Part shown: piece by piece, positions 53,575 through 64,000 of the stretch
How positions within the stretch are numbered: position 1 is the stretch's first letter
How the letters are laid out: each line of letters starts with the position of its first letter
Assembly (NCBI RefSeq): GCF_006345805.1
Contig: NC_043017.1
Coordinates: 12,090,001-12,154,000 of the forward strand
Direction: 5' to 3'
Length of the DNA stretch: 64,000 bases
Source: Octopus sinensis
Lineage: Eukaryota
Notes under the pieces: model-generated
What the model saw: the letters and a program-made list of their open reading frames with translations, nothing else
Told to the model about the DNA's origin: nothing
The model's database searches: none
Position numbers and translations under genes: made by a program

Positions 53575-53865
53575 GTAGATGTACTTGCATAGAAAGTGAT
53601 TTGATCTGAGATCGTGTGCTGGAACGAAAACAATTGCAGCGTGGAAGGTGTCTATAAGCCATTTAAGAAACACACAAAAGCCATTCGATTCACTTCAACA
53701 TTTAAGTTTAATTTTGTCAAAATATTTTCGTCGCTAAAATCCGCGACCTGTTCACTGACAAACGGATTTTAGCGACGAAAATATTTTGACAAATTAAACT
53801 TAAATGTCGAAGTGAATCGAACGGCTTTTGTGTGTTTCTTACATACATTCCACGCTGCAATTGTA

Positions 53866-53870
<5 letters not shown>
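53575..53870. mobile_element. Family H5 element with partial inverted duplication
   Basis: Minus-strand copy 53575-53762 followed by a mirror arm 53763-53870. Confidence 0.75.
53713..53762 (-). ncRNA. Type I hammerhead motif with G3:C8 swap (family H5), complete
   Basis: UUUGUCA-GUGAACA-G-GUCGC GGAUUUUA GCGAC-GAA-AAUAUU-U-UGACAAA: 7-bp helix I, 5-bp helix II, palindromic helix III. Confidence 0.78.
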
Positions 53871-53915
<45 letters not shown>

Positions 53916-53955
53916 CATACATACATACATACATACATACACATACATACATACA

Positions 53956-53987
<32 letters not shown>

Positions 53988-54056
53988 CCCACCCCCCGAA
54001 CCAAGTTTCTGTGAAGCAAACTTTTCACCACACACCCCACACACACATACACACGC

Positions 54057-54114
<58 letters not shown>

Positions 54115-54189
54115 TATACTACATACACACATATACATACAACCACACACGCACACATATATATCGCTTGAAGGATATGTATAACTGGT

Positions 54190-55045
54190 ACTTAGTAGAT
54201 GAGCTGCTTGATGCAGGAGGAAAGCGTGGCTACATCTTTTTGGTGCCTTACTTTAACAAGGAAAAGCTGAACAACGAACGTTTTTTCCCTCCAGGTGCAT
54301 CAAGAGAAAAAAATACCCCCTTTTCGTTTTTGCATGTGGTCAAAGATGGTACTGTAAGCCCACTGTTGCTCAGGCAGAAGTTTGGGCTCATTTTGCTGGA
54401 TGCATTGATTAAGAGCTTCAGTGCCATAAGACGTTTCACATATTAACTCTGTTAGTATTGAAGGTGTACCGTGGCGCAATGGTTGTGGCAGCCCGTATGT
54501 AGGTAAGGTATTACCTCCCAGAGAAACAATGTTGTTCTCTATGTCAAGTAAAGCGCAGTTGTAAATGAAATCATTTTCAGCAGGCAAGCAAGTATAATGC
54601 AGTTGGGCCTGGTAATAGAAGTCTTCTGATAGGTCGTGTCTGTGCTTTAACCACAATGAATGGGGATCAGGAAGTTGGTAAATGTGCAGGAGTACAGAAA
54701 ACAGAGCTCTGAGACTTTTTGGTGACTTTGAAACAGCAGCCTCCGCAAGCGTAGCACCCCACTGCGTACTGTCTTCTAGCAGGCCTCCCTGAATATAGCA
54801 CACGTATGGCCATTCATGGTCTTTAATTGGTCGAAGGATTCTGCACCCCTTACCTCGTGAAACAGCAATCGGAGGTAGAAGCATTCTTGTTGGCCCGGGT
54901 GAACCGTGTACACTCTGCCGAGGCAATTATCAAATTTAATATCAGAGTGACCATCAACGGTTCGGCCTATCTTCCTTCGCTGCCACTTATTCCATGTGTA
55001 TTATGACGGGACTTGAGGATAAAGCAGATCTTGCGCAAACAAGTC
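54190..55045 (-). mobile_element. Helitron RepHel fragment (Rep C-terminus into PIF1-like helicase motif I)
   Basis: CLGRVYTVHPGQQECFYLRLL..VRG, LLEDSTQWGATLAEAAVSKSPKSLRALF, NEPKLLPEQQWAY...GGIFFSLDAPGG; frameshifted. Confidence 0.9.
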
Positions 55046-55559
55046 TACCTGGCAGAGTTTGAAGATAGCCGTGAGTGTTGTATCTTGGTTGCTCAATCAG
55101 TTGAGCAGCAGAGAAAGCGATGAAGTACACACGCTGGCCGTTTTCAATGTGCATTTTGTAAACAATGTTTCGAAAATAGGTATGTGTACGTACGAGTATA
55201 TGTTTGTTTGTTTGTGTGTGTGTGTGTGTGTTACCCGAGACAAGCTCCTTCGCAAACGATCAGCTATTATTTTGTAAACAATGTTTCGAAAATAGGTGTA
55301 TGTACGTATATGTTTGTGTGTGTGTTGCCCATATACATATACTTAGTTGTGACCTGAACATAACCGCTTCTCACACAGAGGGGGCACTTTTGGACGTTCT
55401 ATTTTCTTTACTGGAAGGGTTCCCAACCCATGGGCAAAGGGGGGTTACATGATGGGGGGGGGCAAAAGGGTTGGCATATGCAACCTGATCACCTCTGCCG
55501 ATCAAGTTCCCAACCCATGCGCTCCCGTCGCGACATTGATTCTGCAGAACTGGGTTGGG

Positions 55560-56060
55560 TATGAAAACCAACTTTAAAGTATAAATATTGATGTTTTTGA
55601 ATTAGCAATGTTGTGTTCGGTTAAGTCCTATTTGGAGTGAAAAATCAATAAACTGATTCCTTATGGGGTTTTCTATTTCATCAGGATAAAAAAAAAAATC
55701 GACAAACCGATTCCTTATAGCACTTCCCACTAAAATTGGCTACACCCCATTCTCAGCCATCACTTTTACCAATTTTGATGAATTTTGTTCCAACTTGATG
55801 CCAGCATTACTTAGGACTCGTGGGATCTTTGAATGCTTTAAGTTCTCCAAAAACGGGGAAAAAAAATCGATGAGTGGAAAAAATCGATAAACCGATTCCT
55901 TATGGGATTTCCCAATCAAATTGTCAGCAGCTCATTTTCAGCCAAAAGTTTACCAATTTCAAATTTGACGTCGATGTTACTTAGTTTGGTTTGAAATAAA
56001 GAGCTTGATTAGCTTAATAATCCTAACTTAATCCCAAGCAAAGCCTGGCTATAGTGCTAG
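55560..56060 (+). mobile_element. Probable non-autonomous Helitron (3' end)
   Basis: CCAAGC-AAA-GCCTGG imperfect hairpin then CTAG|T at 56057-56061; 5' boundary uncertain. Confidence 0.55.
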
Positions 56061-56081
56061 TATTATATTATATATATATAA

Positions 56082-56127
<46 letters not shown>

Positions 56128-56129
56128 TG

Positions 56130-56318
56130 ATAGATCGTTAGCCACTACACACATTTTTGTTCTCTCCTTGGTTTCTGTGTCCCTTTCTGTCGAAGAGCAT
56201 AGGCTCGAAACGTAAAAGACTTTTTCTATTCCTGAGCGTTATACTAATACATCTGTTTGTTTTGTACACCACCTGTCTTCGTCTTTTGTTGTGTTTTTTT
56301 CGTAAACTCTCCCTATAT
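56130..56318 (+). mobile_element. Family H1 element, best-preserved copy
   Basis: Flanked by (TA)n; motif at 56183-56218. Confidence 0.75.
56183..56218 (+). ncRNA. Minimal hammerhead-like motif, A6U plus inserted A (family H1)
   Basis: CUUU-CUGUCGA-A-GAGC AUAG GCUC-GAA-ACGU-A-AAAG. Confidence 0.68.
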
Positions 56319-56339
56319 ATATATATATATATATATATA

Positions 56340-56709
56340 CCCGGGTTCAGTCCCACTGCGTGGCTACTTGGGCAAGTGTCTTCTGCTATAGCCACGGGCC
56401 GACCAATGCCTTGCGAGTGGATTTGGTAGACGGAAACTGAAAGAAGCCTGTCGTATATATGTATATATATATTTAATGTAGGATAAAATTTTATCAATGG
56501 TCAGCATATTAAAAAATACCTTTAAAGGTTAAAATTATAAACAACTTATAAATAAGGGCAAAGGAAAAAATTTCTAATGCCAAATATGCCGAAAAATTGG
56601 ACATATTGTTCATTACCATATAATTTTTCATGGTAATGGACAATATGTCCAATTTTTCGGCATATTTGGCATTAGAAATTTTTTCGTTTGCCCTCATTTA
56701 TAAGTTGTT

Positions 56710-56748
<39 letters not shown>

Positions 56749-56955
56749 TGTGTGTTTGTGTGTCTGTGTTTGTCCCCCTAGCATTGCTTGACAACCGATG
56801 CTGGTGTGTTTACGTCCCCGTCACTTAGCGGTTCGGCAAAAAGCAACCGATAGAATACGTACAGGGCTTACAAAGGATAAGTCCCGGGGTCGATTTGCTC
56901 GACCAAAGGCGGTGCTCCAGCATGGCCGCACTCAAAAGAGAAGTGAAAGTGAGAG
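56340..56955 (+). mobile_element. SINE family A split by a palindromic insertion
   Basis: 5' part 56340-56465, 3' part 56715-56955. Confidence 0.8.
56536..56713. repeat. ~180-bp near-perfect palindrome related to the 2520-2760 element
   Basis: Arm ATAAGGGCAAA..TTCTAATGCCAAATATGCCGAAAAA is shared with 2537-2580. Confidence 0.9.
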
Positions 56956-57433
56956 AGTAAAAAATATATATATATATAATATATATATATATTATATATA
57001 TATATATATATAAGCTTCTTTCAGTTTCCTTCTACCAAATAGACTCGCAAGACTTTGGTTGGCCCAAGGCTGTAGTAGAAGACACTACCCAGGGCGCCAC
57101 GCAGTGGGGCTGAACCTGGAACTAGCACGCAATTTGAAAATACGACAGTAAGTGATGGACATACGTACGTACGTACGTACATACATAGCGCAAGAGAAAG
57201 GGGTGTGAGAAAGAGCGGGAATCACAGACAAAGAGAAACAAGTTCCATAAGAGAGAGAGAGAGAGAGAAATTCGAGAAAGTGAAAGTGAGGGAGAGAGGT
57301 GGGAGTAAATCTGAATACCTGTAGAGCTTTTGTGTGTTGATAAAGATGGTGTGACTATCATTACGATGACGACGATGCTGCTGATGCTAATAGTGATGAT
57401 GAAGACGGGAGTGATGAGGAGAGGAGCTACGCC

Positions 57434-57497
57434 ATGATAACGTCAGGCTGCCGACATACATTAATATCTGGCCTCATTTTACTCCTCCTGGGTCCAG
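57434..57497 (+). CDS. Candidate first coding exon (signal-peptide-like) of an unidentified gene
   Basis: GCCATG context; MITSGCRHTLISGLILLLLGP; phase-1 donor CAG|GTTCGT; CpG-rich surroundings; no downstream exon identified. Confidence 0.3.
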
Positions 57498-57771
57498 GTT
57501 CGTCTCTTAACAACTCTTCATTATCATATTAAGTCATTCATTGATTTTAATATTTAATGTTAACGTTATTATTCCGTCGTCTCGTTTTGTTTGTTTCTTC
57601 TGAAATTCCGTCATTCTATAATTCCTCTATTCGTCCATTCACCATTCGTTTATTCATCAACCATGGAATGATTTTATTTATGTATTTTTAATTATTTGTT
57701 ATTCAGTTTTATTTTTGTATGTCTTTTGTTCTTTTGCGAGGAAAATCGTTCTAAATCAAACGAGTGTCTCA

Positions 57772-57998
57772 TTATGTATGTATGTATGTATGTATGTATG
57801 TACGTACGTGTTTGTGCGTATGTGTGTATGTATGTACGTACGTATGTATGTATGCATGTATGTATGATGTATGTATGTACGTATGTATGTATGTACGTAA
57901 GTATGTATGTATGTATGAATATATGTATGTATGTATGTATGTATGTACGTATGTATGTATGTATGTATGTATGTATGAATATATGTATGTATGTATGA

Positions 57999-58031
<33 letters not shown>

Positions 58032-58940
58032 TGTATGTATGCATGTATGTATGTATATATGTATGTAAGCATGTATGTATGTATGTATGTATGTATATAT
58101 GTATGCGTATGTCAGCCTGTCTGTTGTGTGTTTGTGTTGTATGGGAAGTGCATTAAGTACGTTGGACGTGCGTGTTGGATGTGTGTGTGTGTGTGTGTGT
58201 TGCATATGTGTATACGTTTGTGTATGTCCGTTGTATATGTATATATGTGTGTTTGAGTTACATGTATGTGGACATGTCGTGTATGCATTGTATGTGTGTG
58301 TGTGTAACTGTTTGTATGTGTACTTATACATGACGGTATATATATGTGTGTACTTATTTGAGTGTGTGTGCGTGTGTATCTTTTTCTATGTGTATATGGG
58401 TTAGTGTATGCGTATATGCTTATATGTTGTGTGTATGTGTGTAGATTGTGTATGCATGTATGTGCGTATGTGTATATGATGAGAGTATGTGTTGTGTGTG
58501 TATTCCTTCTGTATATGTAAATGTATTTGTGTTTTGATCGTATATATATATATACTTTATTGTGCTTCGTGTTTGCATATTATTCTCGTATGTGTTTCTG
58601 TGTGTATACACGCATACACACACATACGCATATACGCACATGTGTATGTATGTATATATGTACGTATGCACGTATGTATGTATGTATGTACGTATGTATG
58701 TATGTATTATGTATGTATGTTTTTATGTATGTATGTACGTACGTATGTATGTATGTATGTATGTATTTATGTACGTATGTATGTATGTATGTATGTATAT
58801 GTATGTATTTATGTATGTACGTATGTATGTATGTATGTGCGTATGTACGTATGTATGTATGTATGTATATATGTATGTATGTATGTATGTATATATGTAC
58901 GTATGTATGTATGTATGTACGTACGTATGTATGTATGTCT
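57772..58940. repeat. (TATG)n/(TG)n compound microsatellites
   Basis: Direct reading. Confidence 0.9.
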
Positions 58941-59079
58941 TAATATAACCACACCCGTGCGCACGCATTAATATATATTTACTAATAAGTATCGTTTGTA
59001 AAAAAACAAATCCGAAAGAAGAAAGCACATTCTAAGATGTAGAGCAGTAGATATAAGAAATGGGGAGGGGCCGGTTTAT

Positions 59080-59140
59080 GGGGTTACATGAGATTTCCCG
59101 TCCATAAAGGGTTTAGCTTTATGGCGTATCGTCAGATCCC
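59080..59140 (-). ncRNA. Partly decayed type I hammerhead-like motif, canonical CUGACGA core (family H7)
   Basis: GGGAU-CUGACGA-UACG CCAUAAAG CUAAACC CUUUAUGG ACGG-GAA-AUCUCAUGU-A-ACCCC. Confidence 0.5.
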
Positions 59141-59214
59141 AAATCTTGTTTGGCCCATGGGCCGCACACCATATATGCAAACAGTTTTTACACATACGTA
59201 CGTACATATATATT

Positions 59215-59230
59215 ACTGCTGCTGCTGCTG

Positions 59231-59285
<55 letters not shown>

Positions 59286-59289
59286 CACC

Positions 59290-59321
<32 letters not shown>

Positions 59322-59745
59322 CACTACTACTACTACCACTACTACTACCACCACCACAACTACTACTACTACCACCACTACTACTACCACTACCACCACC
59401 ACTACTACTACTACCACCACTACTACTACTACCACCACTACTACCACCACCACCACTACTACTACTACCACTACTACTACTACTACCACAACCACCACTA
59501 CTACTACCACCACCACCACTACTACTACTACCACTACTACTACCACCACTACTACTACTACCACTACTACTACTACTACTACCACTACCACCACCACCAC
59601 TACTACTACTACCACTACTACTACCACCACTACTACTACTACCACTACTACTACTACTACCACTACCACCACTACTACTACTACCACCGCTACTACCACT
59701 ACCACCACTACTACCACTACCACTACTACCACTACTACTACCACC

Positions 59746-59777
<32 letters not shown>

Positions 59778-59966
59778 CACTACCACCACCACTACTACTA
59801 CTACTACCACCACTACTACCACTACCACCACTACTACCACCACTACCACAACCACCACCACTACTACTACTACTACTACCACTACTACTACCACTACTAC
59901 TACCACTACCACCACCACTAATACTACTACTACTACCACTACCACCACCACTACTACTACTACTAC
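59215..59966. repeat. (CTA/CCA)n trinucleotide microsatellite, about 750 bp
   Basis: Direct reading; explains the poly-T/V/Y/L ORFs. Confidence 0.95.
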
Positions 59967-60174
59967 CGTACCCGTGTTTACATTTGAACACTATTGATGC
60001 TGAGTTAGTGCAGACGACAGTATACAAATTTCCAGTATGAATTTATTGATCCGAAAGTACACACGCACTCATGTGCGTGTCTAGCGTGTATATGGGTATA
60101 TACATTTTATGAAATATAATACACCCACTAACATGCATATAATACACGCACACACACACATTTATATAATATAA

Positions 60175-60688
60175 CTAGCAGTATCACCCGGCGTTGCTCG
60201 GGTTTGTAAGGGAAATAACTATATAAGCATTTTTAGAGAGTTACTTCCTTTATAGATGCCAATTCGGGCTTTCTTAGCCATTTCTGTTTTGGTGTCTTCA
60301 AGCCATGAAGTCGTTGTTCTAAAAGAATGCTGGTCTCCTTGACAACGCATTACGACGTTGATTTCTTTACACTCCCTTCCCCACAGCTTCACGAGGGAGG
60401 GAAGGGGGAGAAGCAAACACAGGTGCAGGTGTTTGAGCGTGGACGCCAACTCCGCCGCCATCGACACACGAAAAATTATGCATTAAAATGGAATAAAAAA
60501 TGATGTTAAATTATTTTTTAAATCGTAGACTCATCGTAGACGCGCGCTAATAGCCAGACGGGCTCGATATGAATCACGACTATAAGATACCCGAATTTGG
60601 TTAAACTGCACCGCAAAATGTGGGAGGAGTTAGGAATCTAAATCGTAGGAGACAGACACTCACACAACTACAGTTTTATATATATAGA
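60175..60688 (-). mobile_element. Non-autonomous Helitron
   Basis: A|TCTATATATATAAAA 5' end; CCCGAGCAACGCCGGG hairpin and CTAG|T 3' end. Confidence 0.85.
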
Positions 60689-60690
60689 TA

Positions 60691-61176
60691 TCTATATATA
60701 TAAAACTGTAGTTGTGTGAGTATATATAAAACTGTAGTTGTGTGAGTGTCTGTCCCCTTCGATTTAGATTCCTAACTACTCCCACATATATAAAACTGTA
60801 GTTGTGTGAGTGTCTGTCCCCTTCAATTTAGATTCCTAACTACTCCCACATTTTGCAGTGTAACCAAAAGCGGGTATTTTATAGTCGTGATTCATATCGA
60901 GCCCTTCTGGGTATTAGTGCGCGTCTACGATGAGTCTACGATTTTTAAAATAATTTACCATAATTTTTTTCCATTTTAATGCATTTTTCGCTATTATATA
61001 AGGGAAGTAACTCTCTAAAAATGTCTACGATGAGTCAACGATTTTTTAAAAAATTTACCATCATTTTTTTTCCATTTTTAATGCATTTTTTTGCTATTTT
61101 TTGGCTATAACTCTCTAAAAATGCTTATATAGTTATTTCCCTTACAAACCCGAGCAACACCGGGCAATACTGCTAG
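60691..61176 (+). mobile_element. Non-autonomous Helitron, same family, with internal re-starts
   Basis: A|TC 5' end at 60691; CTAG|T at 61173-77; 5' segment repeated at about 60721 and 60786. Confidence 0.85.
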
Positions 61177-61192
61177 TATATATATATAACAA

Positions 61193-61375
61193 CAGTGAAC
61201 AGGTCGCGGCCTCGAAGCGACGAAAATATTTTGACAAATTAAATTTAAATGCTGAAGTGAATCTAACAGTTTTTGTGTGTTCTTAAATGGCTTATAAACA
61301 CCTTCCACGCTGCAATTGTTTTCGTTCTAGCACACGATCTCAGATCAAATCACTTGCTATGCAAGTACATCTCCT
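61193..61375 (+). mobile_element. Family H5 element with G3:C8 motif (61193-61238), helix I truncated
   Basis: CA-GUGAACA-G-GUCGC GGCCUCGAA GCGAC-GAA-AAUAUU-U-UGACAAA. Confidence 0.7.
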
Positions 61376-61778
61376 ATATATATATATATATATATACACT
61401 TAAAGATATATAATACACAATATTATATATCTTATATATATGTGTGTGTGTGTGTATATAGATACGCACACACACACACACACATATACATATTACTGTT
61501 TGCTTTTATATTGAGATTTTTTTTATCATCTTATTTGCAGTCATTGGACGGCAGCCATGCCGGGCCACTGCATTGAAAAATTTTGTCCAACAAACCGACC
61601 CCAGTAATTGCTTTAGAATCTGGTAATTATTCTGTTGGTCTCTTTTTACTGAACCGGTATGTTACAGGGACATAAATAAACCAATAACGGTTGTCTAGCA
61701 ATGATGGTGAAGACAAGCGCAAACATCAATCCGTCCATACATACATATTCATACATGCACATAGATACATACACATAC

Positions 61779-61819
<41 letters not shown>

Positions 61820-62008
61820 CATCATCATCATCATTGTTTAACGTCCGTTTTCCATGCTAGCATGGGTTGGACGGTTCAACCAGAGTCTGGGAAGCCAGGA
61901 GGTTGCACCAGGCTTCAGTCTGATCTGGCAGTGTTTCTACAGCTGGATGCCCTTCCTTACGCCAACCACTCTGAGAGTGTAGTGGGTGCTTTTTACATGC
62001 CACCGGCA

Positions 62009-62053
<45 letters not shown>

Positions 62054-62390
62054 TAGGAAGGGCATCCAGGTGTAGAAACTCTGCCAGATCAGATTGGAGT
62101 CTGGTGCAGCCATCTGGTTCGCCAGACCTCAGTCAAATCGTCCAACCCATGCTAGCATAGAAAACGAACGTTAAACGATGATGATGATGATGATATATAT
62201 ATATATATGCAGTTATTTATATGACTGATTTCTTACAGTGTTCGTCTACCCTATCCACTGATATTGGTCGACCGAGGCTAGCATGGGTTGGACGATTTGA
62301 CTGAGGTCTGGCGAACCAGATGGCTGCACCAGACTCCAATCTGATCTGGCAGAGTTTCTACACCTGGATGCCCTTCCTAATGCCATATAT
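61820..62390. mobile_element. Cluster of SINE family E fragments (-, +, -)
   Basis: Includes an exact 114-bp inverted duplication. Confidence 0.85.
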
Positions 62391-62831
62391 GGAGCACTTC
62401 CTCATTGAGAATTGGAAAAGATTTTCCTAACCTTTGCTAGCGCAGCCACCACCACCACCACCACCACTACCACCACTACCGCTTCTGTTGCTTAATGTCT
62501 CTGCTGCACCCTCCTCTATAGACAAATAGTTTGTCAGCAATTCATATTCTGTTCTTGAGTTAATGATAAAGGATTAGCACTTGGACAAGATTAACTATGA
62601 AATGATCAGTAGGGATTAAAACAAAGGAATGTGTTTTTGTAAATACTTTCAAGAGATTAACTCTTAATCCAACATATCGGCAAGCAGCAAAAACCTGATC
62701 AGCCCTCCCCATCCCCAAGCACCACTGGCTTCATTCCCATTACCCACTTCCCCACTACCTGTCAATCTCATCTACTACCTTTAATAATTACGAAACAGTG
62801 AAAATTTTATATATATATATATATATATATA

Positions 62832-63242
62832 CTCTTTTTTTTTACTCTTTTACTTGTTTTAGTCATTTGACTGCGGCCATGCTGGAGCACCGCCTTTAGT
62901 CGAGCAAATCGACCCCAGGACTTATTCTTTGTAAGCCCAGTACTTATTCTATCGGTCTCTTTTGCCGAACCGCTAGGTGACAGAGACGTAAACACACCAG
63001 CATCGGTTGTCAAGCAATGCTAGGGGGACAAACATAGTCACACAAACATATACACACACACTTATATATATATATACATATATACGACAGGCTTCTTTCA
63101 GTTTACGTCTACCAAATCCACTCACAAGGCATTGGTCGGCCCGGGGCTATAGCAGAAGACACTTGCCCAAGATGCCACGCAGTGGGACTGAACCTGGAAC
63201 CATGTGGTTGGTTAGCAAGCTACTTACCACACAGCCACTCTT
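62832..63242 (-). mobile_element. SINE family A
   Basis: Full length, reverse orientation. Confidence 0.9.
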
Positions 63243-63289
63243 GCATATATATATATACTGACTCTTTTGCTCATTTCTGCTATATGGCT

Positions 63290-63660
63290 GTGATCATGCG
63301 AAAGCACCACCGTGGTCTTTCTGATTTCTTCAGTCCAGAGTGTTTCACACCACCACTCCTGTATGTGCCTTTGTTCCAGCTGTTGGCCCATTGGGTGCAT
63401 AAGGGAGTTTGGTCCCGCTGCCCACATCTGCACTTCATGTCGGGCTGTTGGTTCATCCGATATTGTAGAGAGGAGGTTGTCTAGTTCCTTTTGAAGACAT
63501 CTACTTCCACCTTATGCAGATATTAAAATTTTTGTGGCAAGGCATTGAAGAGCTGTGGGCCTTTGATCCCTACACTACTGCAGTACCTGGTCCTGAATTT
63601 AGATAGAATGGACAGAACCTTTGGTAAAATACAATGGCAGGCAGTTCTTATATTCAAGTT
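63290..63660 (-). mobile_element. CR1/L2-type LINE 3' fragment
   Basis: Minus-strand GIKGPQLFNALPQKF..VDVFKR; same family as the 30900-31150 segment. Confidence 0.75.
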
Positions 63661-64000
63661 AAAAATCTAGTTCGTTCATCCCAGCCAGGTATGAATAACC
63701 AAAATAATTCAGATGTGAATAAATTTGATTTAAGTAAATTCATATTTATCAATTGTAATCAAAGATAAAATATATATAGGATTTAATCAAGTAGCTAGAT
63801 TATAAACTTGTATATGCACTGTGGATACTTTGTGTTCATATGGTGTGTATAAGTGCTTATAATTATGTACTTTTAGTCATCATACTGCAGATGGTAAAGT
63901 GGTATTACATCACTAAATCAGAAATTGATCTATAGCTAAACTACAGATGATCGTATCGTGGTCGGAAAGGATGTGGTTACTAAACATTAAGTCCAATGTG

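Overview
AT-rich, microsatellite-saturated animal genomic DNA. The SINE, LINE and MITE families point to an Octopus genome (inference from repeat families). The only confidently recognisable host gene is the 3' end of an aryl hydrocarbon receptor (AHR/spineless-type bHLH-PAS) on the + strand. It comprises a PAS-B exon (2293-2434) spliced in frame to a large Gln/His-rich exon (5111-6776). A possible signal-peptide first exon of a second gene lies at 57434-57497. The rest is repeats: several tRNA-derived SINE families, CR1/L2-type LINE fragments, a decayed Penelope-like (Neptune-type) RT, Helitron remnants, a fold-back mariner, MITEs, long simple repeats and one 100-N gap. Nearly all ORFs in the supplied track are microsatellite or SINE artefacts. 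The most striking unannotated signal, found by manual folding, is about 18 type I hammerhead-ribozyme-like motifs from at least 7 distinct short-element families. Most sit next to (TA)n tracts and several lie in fold-back palindromes. They include a fully canonical motif antisense in the AHR intron, and variants with compensatory swaps of the catalytic 3:8 pair (A3:U8, G3:C8), U4C, or A6U plus an inserted base. One family has a covarying ~60-nt helix II. Most have short palindromic helix III, the dimer-type architecture known from Penelope-like elements. Self-cleavage activity is untested.
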